From: Carpediemonas membranifera BICM
Lineage: Eukaryota; Protista; Fornicata
Assembly: GCA_019828565.1 (NCBI GenBank)
Contig: JAHDYR010000058.1
Span: 1-10,195, forward strand
Length of the DNA: 10,195 nucleotides
Direction of reading: 5' to 3'
Below are positions 1-8,400 of this stretch, piece by piece; the stretch's first letter is position 1, and every line of letters starts with the position of its first letter. The notes below the pieces were generated by a model that did no database searches, was not told the origin of the DNA, and saw only the letters and a program-made list of their open reading frames with translations. The position numbers and the translations under genes are program-made.

Positions 1-679
1 GCTTGGCAGGGGTACCGGCAGGCTTATGGTTGTCTGGTTTGTTGGATGGGAAGTGGGGAGCAGGCGCTGCGGTAGCGTGAGGACGAGTGGGGTGGAAGCT
101 CGGAGGCGGACGTGTGGCCTGAGGGCGCGGGACCTCGGGCTGACCGAACTCGGCGATGGTGCGCTTGGCCTCAGCCAAGGTCTCGACCTCTTGGAAGGCG
201 GCACGCTTGGCGTCGGCGAGCGTCTCAGGTTCGGAGGCCTTGACCCGGCGGCGCAGTGAATCTGGGGACAGTCCGCGGATGAAAGTGCGGCGTAGTGTCT
301 TCTCGTCGGGGAGGTAAGTGGAACAGAGGTCCTCGACGCGGTCGAACCTGTCGAGGTAGGCGAGCAGAGCGCTGTTGCTGGCCGTCGTGGAGGACATGGC
401 GGTTGCTTCCAGCTTAGACAGAACGGCCTGAGTGCTCTTGGGAGCGAAGAAAGCGGAGTAGATCGCCGACAGGACGTTTTCATCTGGAAGGTCGTCAAAG
501 TTGTCAATGCGAAGGCGGATCAGGCGTAAAACACGGCTGGAAATGAGCATACGGACAGATAGTGCTCTGTCGTCGGGAACTTGGGCGGAATAGGCCTCGA
601 ACTTGTCGTTGAAGCTGCAGAAGGCCGTTTCGGAACGAATGTCGTTGAGAAAAGGGGCTGAAATCGTTTGATAGTCCAT
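1..679 (-). CDS. gag: Ty3/Gypsy-type LTR retrotransposon Gag (capsid), runs off the left edge of the window
   Basis: I translated the minus strand by hand from ATG 679 (context CACCGCCATGG). It is open for 226 codons to the window edge: MDYQTISAPFLNDIRSETAF...LLAYLDRFDRVEDLCSTYLPDEKTLRRTFIRGLSPDSLRRRVKASEPETLADAKRAA...PRPQATRPPPSFHP. The pattern YxxRF...FIRGL...LR..V...P.TL..A is the retrotransposon capsid C-terminal (Retrotrans_gag-like) signature, followed by a Pro-rich spacer. It is absent from the ORF track because no stop codon lies in the window. Confidence 0.85.
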   Translation of the reverse strand, partial: MDYQTISAPFLNDIRSETAFCSFNDKFEAYSAQVPDDRALSVRMLISSRVLRLIRLRIDNFDDLPDENVLSAIYSAFFAPKSTQAVLSKLEATAMSSTTASNSALLAYLDRFDRVEDLCSTYLPDEKTLRRTFIRGLSPDSLRRRVKASEPETLADAKRAAFQEVETLAEAKRTIAEFGQPEVPRPQATRPPPSFHPTRPHATAAPAPHFPSNKPDNHKPAGTPAK

Positions 680-720
680 GGCGGTGAGTAAGCTTACTGT
701 GGCCAAATAAAGAGAACTAA

Positions 721-933
721 TGACGAAGTGAGGTTTATTCGAAACCCGATCAAGGGCAAAAATGGTTATAACTAAAATTGCCCAACACCGCGATCTGAGA
801 ATGAGGTAGACGCCCCGCGTCCGAAGTCTCGTCGGCCATTCGAACTGGCCATCCTGATTTGATTACACGACCTGCCGGGACCGGATCAGGATCGTATCAT
901 ATATTTTGAGCTGTGTAAATAGTATGGCCGTCA
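721..933 (-). repeat. Candidate 5' LTR (~213 bp)
   Basis: Bounded by a 5-bp terminal inverted repeat TGACG (721-725)...CGTCA (929-933), giving TG...CA ends. Minus-strand AATAAA at 739-734 lies 13 nt before the terminal CA, and there is an AT-rich TATA-like stretch near 895-906. No second copy is visible, so the boundaries are unconfirmed. Alternative outer ends are 935 or 946. Confidence 0.45.
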
Positions 934-1419
934 CACCGAGGTGACACGAGCTGCCTGTAGTCAGCTACAGGCTTGAAGCGTTGCCACGCGCATGTCCCCT
1001 TGTTAGTCCAATGATAGGAGCATTATGTCATATAATGCCTGACCTGCCGTGTCCTTTTCTTGCGAAACCTCTGTTCTCAGAGGAACATGAAGAATTTTGT
1101 GCTTGGCACCTGATTACGATTAATTGGGCTGTAAAAACTCAGTTTCTGAACTGCGTGATACTCTGGGTAGCTGGCTGCACTCCAGGCAATCTAAGCAATG
1201 AGGCTCGCCAACCCTGACGAGAAGCACACCGGCAGTTGCCGGCGGGCTAATACACGTGGTACATAGCAATCGTTCGTTAAACATTGGCTCTAATCAGGAA
1301 ATGATACTCCAAGGTGACTGTACTTACTACCGTGTGATATGTTCGCAGGTGGCACCAGCCTGCTGTCCACAGAGTAGTAGGATCATTTACGTAATCTACA
1401 AAACTGCAGGGCGCGTCAA

Positions 1420-4041
1420 TCAACAGTCCCCAACAGTCCCCATCTCCATGTACGCTGGGGGAAAGAATCCCCGTCGCCCGTCCTCTGTTTCGCCGTACAG
1501 CCACTGATCTGCCTCCCCAGTGACTCTGACACTGTCGCCACGCTTAAGACTGAGCATCCGAGAGTCTGCTGTGACAAAATCAAATCGAGCCTGGACAAAC
1601 TTGGGCACTCGGGAGTCGGGCTGACGGATCTGGACGGTCTCCGGCGTCTTAACAGAGTCAGCCCACTTCTCAACAAACCCGACGAGTGCATTGAAGATTA
1701 CTGGCTTCTTGGACGAGGAGAAAATCATAGGCGTGGTCCTATCCGTCATGAAAAGGCTAAAACGCTTCCCGGGTAAGTCCCTCAGAACAATGCCAGGCTT
1801 GAACTTGAACCGGTGCAGTACTGCCCTGCGACGGCCCTGGATGCCCTTACGACGCCACACAGTGATGTCGCTGCTGGTGATGTCGAGCTCAACACGAATA
1901 ATCGTGCCCTCGTCCATCTTCAAACTGAACGCGGCCCTGCCCTGGTTCAACGCCCGGTCGACTAGACGCTTCTCTACGGCACTGATAGCGGGTTTGTCGG
2001 TGACGCTCAGCGCGGGCGGAGTACGGGTGACGCGGGTGTGTGTCCGCGCGGGGGCGGCAGTCTTGGCAAGTGGCGTCGTGATGCCGGGGATGTCGACGCC
2101 GGCCATGACATCCGTGACGTAGTGGTCCATCTCGCCCTCACTCGCGCTGACAGTCGACGCCTCGTACGGGTCTGTGTCGCGTGTGACTGTGGTCGAGTCA
2201 TCTGCGTACTCAACAATCTGCCAACGCGAGGGGGTGGGCTGGTCGCACTCGTCGCCGTCTGTGTCGTCCTGGTCCTCGTCTTGGTCAGACTGGTAGGGAG
2301 ATGAGCCCTGCGAACCGCTGTCATGTTCGGTCTCGGGCTCAGCGGCCTCAAGCACGGCGGCGCGGTGGTCGTCCATATCATCGACGCTGGCGACGTCACT
2401 GATGAACGACCCGTCATCCCTGCCCGGTGTTCCCAGGACGTGCTCAAGGAGGTCGGGTTCGTCCGACTCGGGATCCTCTGCGTCAGAGGGGTGGCAGCTG
2501 ACGGGAGTAATCGCCTCCTCCAGCGGCTCAGTCTCATCGTCAGCGTTCTCCCTCCAGTTCTGGTCGCGGTTTTCCTTGGAGGTCAGCGGGGAGGGGTTGG
2601 GACTCGATTCGAAGTCACTTGTGTCGACCAGGCCGGCCAGGTCCTCCTCCTCGGACTGTGTCAGCTCCGCCTCGACCTGAAGTCGAGTCGCCGACACCTG
2701 ATCCGAGTCACTATCGGATTCGGGCCCGCAATTGAGGGCGCTGTCGTTGCCGGGCTTGCTTAGGGGCGACGTACCGGGGACAGCATCGGGCTTGGCTGGT
2801 TCCTCAATCGACAGTGACGACACAGTATGGCGAGGCGGGCGACTGGGCTTACTGGTCTGGTCGACCTCCGGCTTGCCCGGCTCCATGAGTCGGTTGGCGG
2901 GTTCGGTCGACGGTGCGGGACTGGTCGGCAGTCGGGGCGGTAGTGGGGCCGAGGGGCGCGCGACCGCAATAGGCCGGGTGGTAGGGGCGACCAAAGGGCC
3001 TGGCGATCGCGGCGTCTCATCGAGGACAGGGGCTGGGCCGAGCACTGTCGTCGGGACAGGCACGGGCTGGACCGGGCGACGGGAGATAGGCGTGGTCAGC
3101 GCGAACGACTGCTGCCGTGTGCTGCTGAAGCTATTCGTGCTGCTGGCCATGACCCGCGCAGAGCTTGCGGGGCTTCCAGACTGTGAGAGGCGGGGGACGG
3201 GCATGGTCTGCTGCACCGGAGGGCGGGGCTTATTCTGCAGGGTCACCACACGGCATGTGCGGGACACCGAGCTTAGTTCGGCAGTGGCCTCTTCTGACAG
3301 GGAGTTTGCCTTCAGGTTTAGCGCCTTGAGGTGGCCCGCGGCGATCACGCTCACGAGGGCGTCAACCGAGTCGTCTGTGATGCCGCAGTGGCCAAGGTCG
3401 ACCCGCTCGACGTTGGTGTGAACCTTCAGACCCGAGGCGATGTATCGAACGCCAAGGTCCCCGAGAGGGTTGTTACCGACGTTGACGGTGCGGAGAGAAA
3501 TCGCACAAATGGCAGTAGGGGAGAAAAGCTTGGCTAGCAAAGCGTCTGCCCTTAGTGAAGTACCCCACAGGTTGACTGACCGCAGGTGTGGCATGTCCGC
3601 GAGAACCAGGAGAAGGTCTGACGTGCAGTTGCCGACCTCACATCCGAAGAGATCGATATGGGATAGCTTGGACAGCACTGCGTTGCCGAATTCCGCGAAG
3701 AACGACTGGCCCAGTGGATTTCCAGAGAGGCTGAGGCTCTGCAGCGCCGGGAGTTTTGGGAGGGAAGATACAATGAGCCTGGAGGACTGCTGCGTGATAT
3801 TGTTGAAGCGGACGTGGAGCTCTTCCAGATCAGTATGATATAAACTTGCTAATATGTCTCTAAAGGCTCTATCGGTGAAGTAGTTGCCAGAAATATTGAG
3901 AACTCGAAGTTCTGACGATTCAGAAAGTGCTGTGATCAAAAACGGCGCTATTTCGTCTGTTAAACCCAAGCAGCTGACATCCAGCTTCCAAGGGTGCGCA
4001 GAAGCTGCTTCTGCAACCGCCTTCTCGAATTCTTCGAGCAT
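1420..4041 (-). CDS. RI-like leucine-rich repeat protein with Pro-rich and acidic linker, PH-like domain and C-terminal SH3 domain (873 aa)
   Basis: Uninterrupted ORF. The first ATG is 4041 (the track's 4044 is GTG), with an upstream in-frame TGA at 4062-4060. About 28-aa LRRs (LRVLNISGNYFTD, LQSLSLSGNPLG, LRTVNVGNNPLGDLG, VERVDLGHCGITD) span ~4041-3240. A PxxP-rich and D/E-rich low-complexity middle follows. The SH3 is at ~1602-1440 (ARFDF...LSLKRGD...WLYG...GRRGFFPPAYM). A beta-rich block ending in a helix at ~1977-1657 is PH-like by inference. Confidence 0.9.
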   Translation of the reverse strand: MLEEFEKAVAEAASAHPWKLDVSCLGLTDEIAPFLITALSESSELRVLNISGNYFTDRAFRDILASLYHTDLEELHVRFNNITQQSSRLIVSSLPKLPALQSLSLSGNPLGQSFFAEFGNAVLSKLSHIDLFGCEVGNCTSDLLLVLADMPHLRSVNLWGTSLRADALLAKLFSPTAICAISLRTVNVGNNPLGDLGVRYIASGLKVHTNVERVDLGHCGITDDSVDALVSVIAAGHLKALNLKANSLSEEATAELSSVSRTCRVVTLQNKPRPPVQQTMPVPRLSQSGSPASSARVMASSTNSFSSTRQQSFALTTPISRRPVQPVPVPTTVLGPAPVLDETPRSPGPLVAPTTRPIAVARPSAPLPPRLPTSPAPSTEPANRLMEPGKPEVDQTSKPSRPPRHTVSSLSIEEPAKPDAVPGTSPLSKPGNDSALNCGPESDSDSDQVSATRLQVEAELTQSEEEDLAGLVDTSDFESSPNPSPLTSKENRDQNWRENADDETEPLEEAITPVSCHPSDAEDPESDEPDLLEHVLGTPGRDDGSFISDVASVDDMDDHRAAVLEAAEPETEHDSGSQGSSPYQSDQDEDQDDTDGDECDQPTPSRWQIVEYADDSTTVTRDTDPYEASTVSASEGEMDHYVTDVMAGVDIPGITTPLAKTAAPARTHTRVTRTPPALSVTDKPAISAVEKRLVDRALNQGRAAFSLKMDEGTIIRVELDITSSDITVWRRKGIQGRRRAVLHRFKFKPGIVLRDLPGKRFSLFMTDRTTPMIFSSSKKPVIFNALVGFVEKWADSVKTPETVQIRQPDSRVPKFVQARFDFVTADSRMLSLKRGDSVRVTGEADQWLYGETEDGRRGFFPPAYMEMGTVGDC
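1421..1440. repeat. Perfect 10-bp tandem duplication CAACAGTCCC x2
   Basis: Read directly at 1421-1430 and 1431-1440. It overlaps the last codons of the LRR-SH3 gene. Confidence 0.85.
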
Positions 4042-4328
4042 CACAGGAAGTTGAGCGCTTCAAAATCTCAGGCTGGATCCACCGCGTAGGCCATTCACCC
4101 AGCCGTAAGACATGCATGTGAACCTAACCGGCGTCTGGATGGGAGTCTGTGCTTTCATTCAGGGTGATGTTGAGCAATGGATGACGGAACTGTCCTGGAT
4201 GAAAAATAAGCAGCCGCCACCACTCCACACACAGATAGTGTTCGCGTTGTATAGCCGGACTGGCCGTGCGTCCTCCAGCCGACTGTCCTGGAAGTCGAAC
4301 AACAGTGGCCTCTGCGCCGACAGCACTA
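4042..4328. promoter_or_regulatory. Divergent (probably bidirectional) promoter region
   Basis: 287 bp between head-to-head ATGs at 4041 (-) and 4329 (+). No specific element was recognised. Confidence 0.4.
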
Positions 4329-5681
4329 ATGGCTGGAATATTCAGCCTTACCGAAAGCATACTTGCCCAATCAACCAATGCAGTCGATGATCGGGCCATC
4401 GCGACCGCAGACAACATCTATACCGACAACAGCAAGACTCCATGCAATTACCACGCTATTCCCGTGCGCCAGCACACACGTCTGCTCATAGCTACCGTAG
4501 CTAACACCATGATTAACGCCTATCCCCGTTTCCGGTACTTCTGGTCAGTCCTCGAGTTCAATCGGGTCCTCCTCTCGGACGTCTCATGCGACGCCTGCGC
4601 CCACCTCTTCTGGCTCGCTATGCGTGCCTCGAGCAAGGATGATATGCTGCGTTTCTTCAGCGTCATTCAGACATCCGCGGGGTCGCGCCCGCTGATGGCC
4701 GAGGACCTTGAGGCTATCCCCTCAACCGATGATCTCCTTAACTTCCTCGCATTTGACTACTTCGGCCTATTCGCTGCCACCCCTGTTGCTCAAAAGGCGC
4801 GTCTTGCTGTGATCCAGACGCTGGTGTTCTCACGGGTTGTGTACACAGCGTTTACGGTCATCTTCCCTCGCAACTGGGTCTCGTTCGACCAGAAATGGCG
4901 CACAATCCTGCTTACAACCACAGCAGCGTTGTTTGGGTCGGATAGCCCGTCTGCGACGAACGAGTGGCTCATTGCGACCCTCACCCCTCCGCCAGTCACA
5001 AATAAGCCCCAGCAGACTGCTCGGAAGTTCAGTAAGATCAACCACACCGCCAACGCAGACTACGAGGCCCATGCCGATGCCCTGCGCCTCGGTCCCCGCG
5101 CCCGCGAGCAGCTGAGGCCAAGCCCGCACATGACGGCGGTGTCCAAGCTCGACGGGCCCCTGGACTTCCGTCTCTCCTTCCGCCCAGATGACCTCGAGCC
5201 TGACCGGGACATCCTGGAGGACGCACTGGTCTCGGCACACATTGCACAGCTTCAGGTGATGAAGACCAAGACGGGGCTGGTCGAGGACTCCCCGACGCCG
5301 CTGGGTCTGCTGGACTCGACCGCGACGGTGATGCTCGAGCTTGATGGCCGAACTCCGCTGCTTGGACGCGCGATGAAACTACATCACCTCGAGACGTCCG
5401 AATCGCGACAGATGGCCGTAACCACCATGAGAGAGCCGCGGCTGAAGAACATCAAGACCCACGCGCAGTCCTGCCTGGCCCGGGCCGCCGAGCGAGAGGC
5501 GGCCCACGTCAAGGCAAAGGGCGTCATCCAGACCGAACTCAACAAGCACAGAAAGGAGCTGGTGACAGAGCTAGATCATATCGAGAAGGAAAAGGCGGAC
5601 CTAGTGGCGACAAAGGGCAGTCGAAAGGCCGGAACGTTCATCGTCACTCAAGCATTGGCCTCCCGCAAAGCCCGGCAGTGA
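4329..5681 (+). CDS. FAM227-family (FWWh domain)-like protein (450 aa)
   Basis: The first ATG is 4329 (the track's 4266 is GTG). The motif order LLSDVS...HLFW...LLNFLAFDYFGLF...K...FSRVVYTAFTVIFP...FDQKWRTIL...W, then later MLELDGRTPLL, follows the FAM227A/B pattern as I recall it (SE.S..L..D.FWW...LFDRI...YV.LF...LAQA.Y..F...FP....F...FK...GQSPLI). There is a C-terminal coiled coil. The CDS is very likely; the family call is by recall. Confidence 0.75.
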   Translation: MAGIFSLTESILAQSTNAVDDRAIATADNIYTDNSKTPCNYHAIPVRQHTRLLIATVANTMINAYPRFRYFWSVLEFNRVLLSDVSCDACAHLFWLAMRASSKDDMLRFFSVIQTSAGSRPLMAEDLEAIPSTDDLLNFLAFDYFGLFAATPVAQKARLAVIQTLVFSRVVYTAFTVIFPRNWVSFDQKWRTILLTTTAALFGSDSPSATNEWLIATLTPPPVTNKPQQTARKFSKINHTANADYEAHADALRLGPRAREQLRPSPHMTAVSKLDGPLDFRLSFRPDDLEPDRDILEDALVSAHIAQLQVMKTKTGLVEDSPTPLGLLDSTATVMLELDGRTPLLGRAMKLHHLETSESRQMAVTTMREPRLKNIKTHAQSCLARAAEREAAHVKAKGVIQTELNKHRKELVTELDHIEKEKADLVATKGSRKAGTFIVTQALASRKARQ

Positions 5682-5789
5682 GGTACGGCAGTGATCAGTC
5701 AAGTTGGTCGGCGGAGAGCATGTCGTATAAACGAATCTCTTCTGCTGTTGGAGCCAAATTTTGCGTGCATGTTATGCCAGTAACGACAA

Positions 5790-8339
5790 ATGACGGCCGA
5801 TTTATTTCCTCAATTAGACTTCTCAGCGGCAAATGCGTTCATGGAAAGGATGAATGAACGAATGGTGCTGCTTGAGCAGTCTTTTGAGGCTCAGAAGGAC
5901 GAGGAACACGGCACGCTCATGGAACGGATCAAAGTATTGGAAGAAACAGTGAACACACAGGCCGAGCGCATCGAATCGCTTGAAAGCGAAATGTCTGAGA
6001 TCAACGAGGAGGTTGATGCGGCACTTGGACCACCGGAAGGAATCGACGCAAAAGCCACGGTGACGGAAAGAGTCGCCCACTGCGAGAAGGCCATTAAGGG
6101 CATTGTAGACATGTTCAGTATGCCTTCTAGAGAGCGGCCGCAGTCGTCAGTTGTCCGTCCCCGCTCCACCAGGTCTACACGCCAGTCGGCCGAGCCTGGC
6201 GCCACCATAGCTGACGCAAACACGCCTCGCAGGGTAACTTCGGCAATTGAGAGAGATTCCCGACACTCTACACGTCCCCAGTCAGCAGCTGACGGCGGCT
6301 CCGCTGTCCACACCCGCCCCCCCTCCGCCGCTGCAGCCTTCATGCGAGACGTCCCCAAGCTACTCCCGCCCGACCTGCCAGAGCAGATGATCAAGTTTGT
6401 CCGCATGTGCAGCACGCAGGAGAGGCGGGCGGCGGTCGACCGCATCCATACCCTCCACAGCCACAGCCGGGAGGATCTCTCCAAAGCCCCCATCCCACCA
6501 TCGCCCCACAGGTCAGTCTCACCAGGCCGACTAGACACAGTTCCCGCGCCTCTCGCCCCGGAAGACCGGACGGACGGGGCGATGATGTCCCGGACGGCCA
6601 CACCCGGGCCCTATGCCGAGTTGCCGTACGGGTACGACGCGAACGAAGACGCCGACGTGCCCCTCGAGGACGAGATGGTCGACGCCCTTGCTGAACTGGA
6701 GGCCGAGATTTCTGAGCTCAGGGCCGAGCAGCTAACAATTCAGGACGTCGCCAATTGGATGGCGACGAGAGAACGCTCCCGTTCCCCATCACCCACCCCC
6801 CTGACAGAGGCCCAGCTCACTGGCCGCCGCTCAGCCCGGCCGCCTACCTCACGCGCGATGTCAGCCCGGCCCGGGACAGCAGGCGCCTTTGCGATGCGAA
6901 TCAACCAGGTCGAGTTCGACCAAGAAACACAGCAAGACCGCATTCAACAGTGCTTCGAGGACATAACGCGTCTTGAGCGCATGATTGACTCCATCCAGGA
7001 AGACACCGGCATCGTGCACGAGTACCTCGCCCAGTATCAGATGATTGAGGACAAGCTCAGGTCCAACACGAAGTACGAGGTCAGCAGGGTTGAGATGCGT
7101 CTCGACTCCATTGAAGAGACGTTTGGGTTGAAGGATTTGCCCGAACCAACGGTCACGGCCAAGGAGTTCGCCAAGTTCCAGGAGGATGTGGCGGTCCAGT
7201 TCGAGACAGTCCAGGTCGCATATGAGGGCATCGACAAGATCAATGGCAACGTAGTTCAGATCCAGTCCGATGTCGGTCAGCTCACATCCCACACGGCGAC
7301 ACTGCAGAGCATCCTGCGGAAGAAGATCGACAAGAGCACATACGACGCTGATGTGGTGTCGCTACAGGCTGACATCAAGGCGATTAGCACTGCCATTTCG
7401 CAGCTTAGCAAGGCGGGCGTTGTCACAAAGGACGCTGGCGGACGAGGCGCGGGCGTGACCAGCCGGGTCGACCCTGCCCTCGAGATGAGACTAGCCCAAC
7501 TCGAGTCTGGCAAAGTCGGCAAGATCGACCTCGACCGCATGATCCAGAATATGGTGCGGCGCGAGGACATGGCAGTCAAGGTTGACCGCTCCTACGTTGA
7601 CAACATCCTAGACCAGATCACTGATCAACTCGGGATCACTCTCGACAAACTTCATGCTGAGACCGAGGCTGTCCGCAAGGACACGCTGCTGATGATGAAG
7701 ATTGACCTTGCCCAGAAGGCCGACAAGAAGTCAGTCAACCTCATTAGACGCCGTCTTGACGAGGGTGCTGTTGGAGAGGCCGGTCCAGTGTCGGGCGACA
7801 TTGTAGTGACACAGCTGGCCCCTTCAGCCCGCTGTCTGGCATGCGGCCGGCCGCTACCCCGCATCCCAAAATTCTCGTTCACGCCGCCCAAGGCATTGAC
7901 GCCAAAGCCCGTGCCGTCGACACTGCTGCACACGGCCGTCTCAGAGGCTCAGAACGAGGAGCTCGGGCTCAAACGGCCTGTTTCACCCGTCCAGGGAACA
8001 CGAGCAGAGATGACGCCGACTCCCGCGCCGAAGAATCGGGAAACGCCGACTGGCATGCGGGCACCAGGCGGGTCATATGTCAACCCCGCAGACGCAGCCA
8101 GTCCATTCCAGATCAGATCGATAAGTAGACAGGGCAACGCGCCACCCGCAACACCTGCATCGGTGGCCTCTGGCCGTGGGCAGCTGGCGCCCCTAAAGGA
8201 TAAGGCTGACACCACGATTGAGCCGAAGAATTCAAGACCATCATCGGCAAACGGGACTCCGATGCCCGCTCGGTGGGAGGGGACACCCCGCGGCGAGATG
8301 ACTGTGACTATCCGTTCTGTGGCGCTGCGGGATAAGTGA
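5790..8339 (+). CDS. Coiled-coil protein, QRICH2/C16orf96 (DUF4795)-like C-terminal region (849 aa)
   Basis: Long uninterrupted ORF with heptad-rich segments. Repeated K[IVA]D[KR] motifs (7323, 7578, 7716) are followed by RCLACGRPL (7830-7856), resembling the CLSCDRPL motif that closes DUF4795. The linkers and tail are disordered and R/P/S/T-rich. Confidence 0.75.
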   Translation: MTADLFPQLDFSAANAFMERMNERMVLLEQSFEAQKDEEHGTLMERIKVLEETVNTQAERIESLESEMSEINEEVDAALGPPEGIDAKATVTERVAHCEKAIKGIVDMFSMPSRERPQSSVVRPRSTRSTRQSAEPGATIADANTPRRVTSAIERDSRHSTRPQSAADGGSAVHTRPPSAAAAFMRDVPKLLPPDLPEQMIKFVRMCSTQERRAAVDRIHTLHSHSREDLSKAPIPPSPHRSVSPGRLDTVPAPLAPEDRTDGAMMSRTATPGPYAELPYGYDANEDADVPLEDEMVDALAELEAEISELRAEQLTIQDVANWMATRERSRSPSPTPLTEAQLTGRRSARPPTSRAMSARPGTAGAFAMRINQVEFDQETQQDRIQQCFEDITRLERMIDSIQEDTGIVHEYLAQYQMIEDKLRSNTKYEVSRVEMRLDSIEETFGLKDLPEPTVTAKEFAKFQEDVAVQFETVQVAYEGIDKINGNVVQIQSDVGQLTSHTATLQSILRKKIDKSTYDADVVSLQADIKAISTAISQLSKAGVVTKDAGGRGAGVTSRVDPALEMRLAQLESGKVGKIDLDRMIQNMVRREDMAVKVDRSYVDNILDQITDQLGITLDKLHAETEAVRKDTLLMMKIDLAQKADKKSVNLIRRRLDEGAVGEAGPVSGDIVVTQLAPSARCLACGRPLPRIPKFSFTPPKALTPKPVPSTLLHTAVSEAQNEELGLKRPVSPVQGTRAEMTPTPAPKNRETPTGMRAPGGSYVNPADAASPFQIRSISRQGNAPPATPASVASGRGQLAPLKDKADTTIEPKNSRPSSANGTPMPARWEGTPRGEMTVTIRSVALRDK

Positions 8340-8400
8340 GTGGTTTCCTCAGCGGATGTGTACAGTTATCAACGGTTGCCTGAAGGTAAATCATTGTGTC

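Larger units (their letters stand above)
1..933 (-). mobile_element. 5' portion of an LTR retrotransposon (candidate 5' LTR + leader + gag)
   Basis: The Gag ORF is preceded on the minus strand by a TGG-starting PBS-like site (704-702) and a non-coding block with AATAAA near its 3' end. pol and the 3' LTR would lie outside the window. Confidence 0.75.

Noticed and set aside
26-259. 77-aa plus-strand ORF
   Set aside because: Antisense shadow of gag.
1050-1380. snRNA-like fragments (CCTTTT, Sm-like AATTTTG at ~1093, ACTTAC at ~1322, ACAGAG at ~1369)
   Set aside because: Each match is short and imperfect, and they do not assemble into a U1, U5 or U6 structure.
981-1507. Short ORFs 981-1217, 1256-1507 and 1277-1504
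   Set aside because: No recognisable motifs, lower-GC intergenic composition, two of three use non-ATG starts, and two overlap the LRR gene end.
1416-8215. Many overlapping or antisense ORFs (e.g. 2732-3421, 5891-6601)
   Set aside because: Expected shadows of GC-rich coding sequence, with no independent domain signal.
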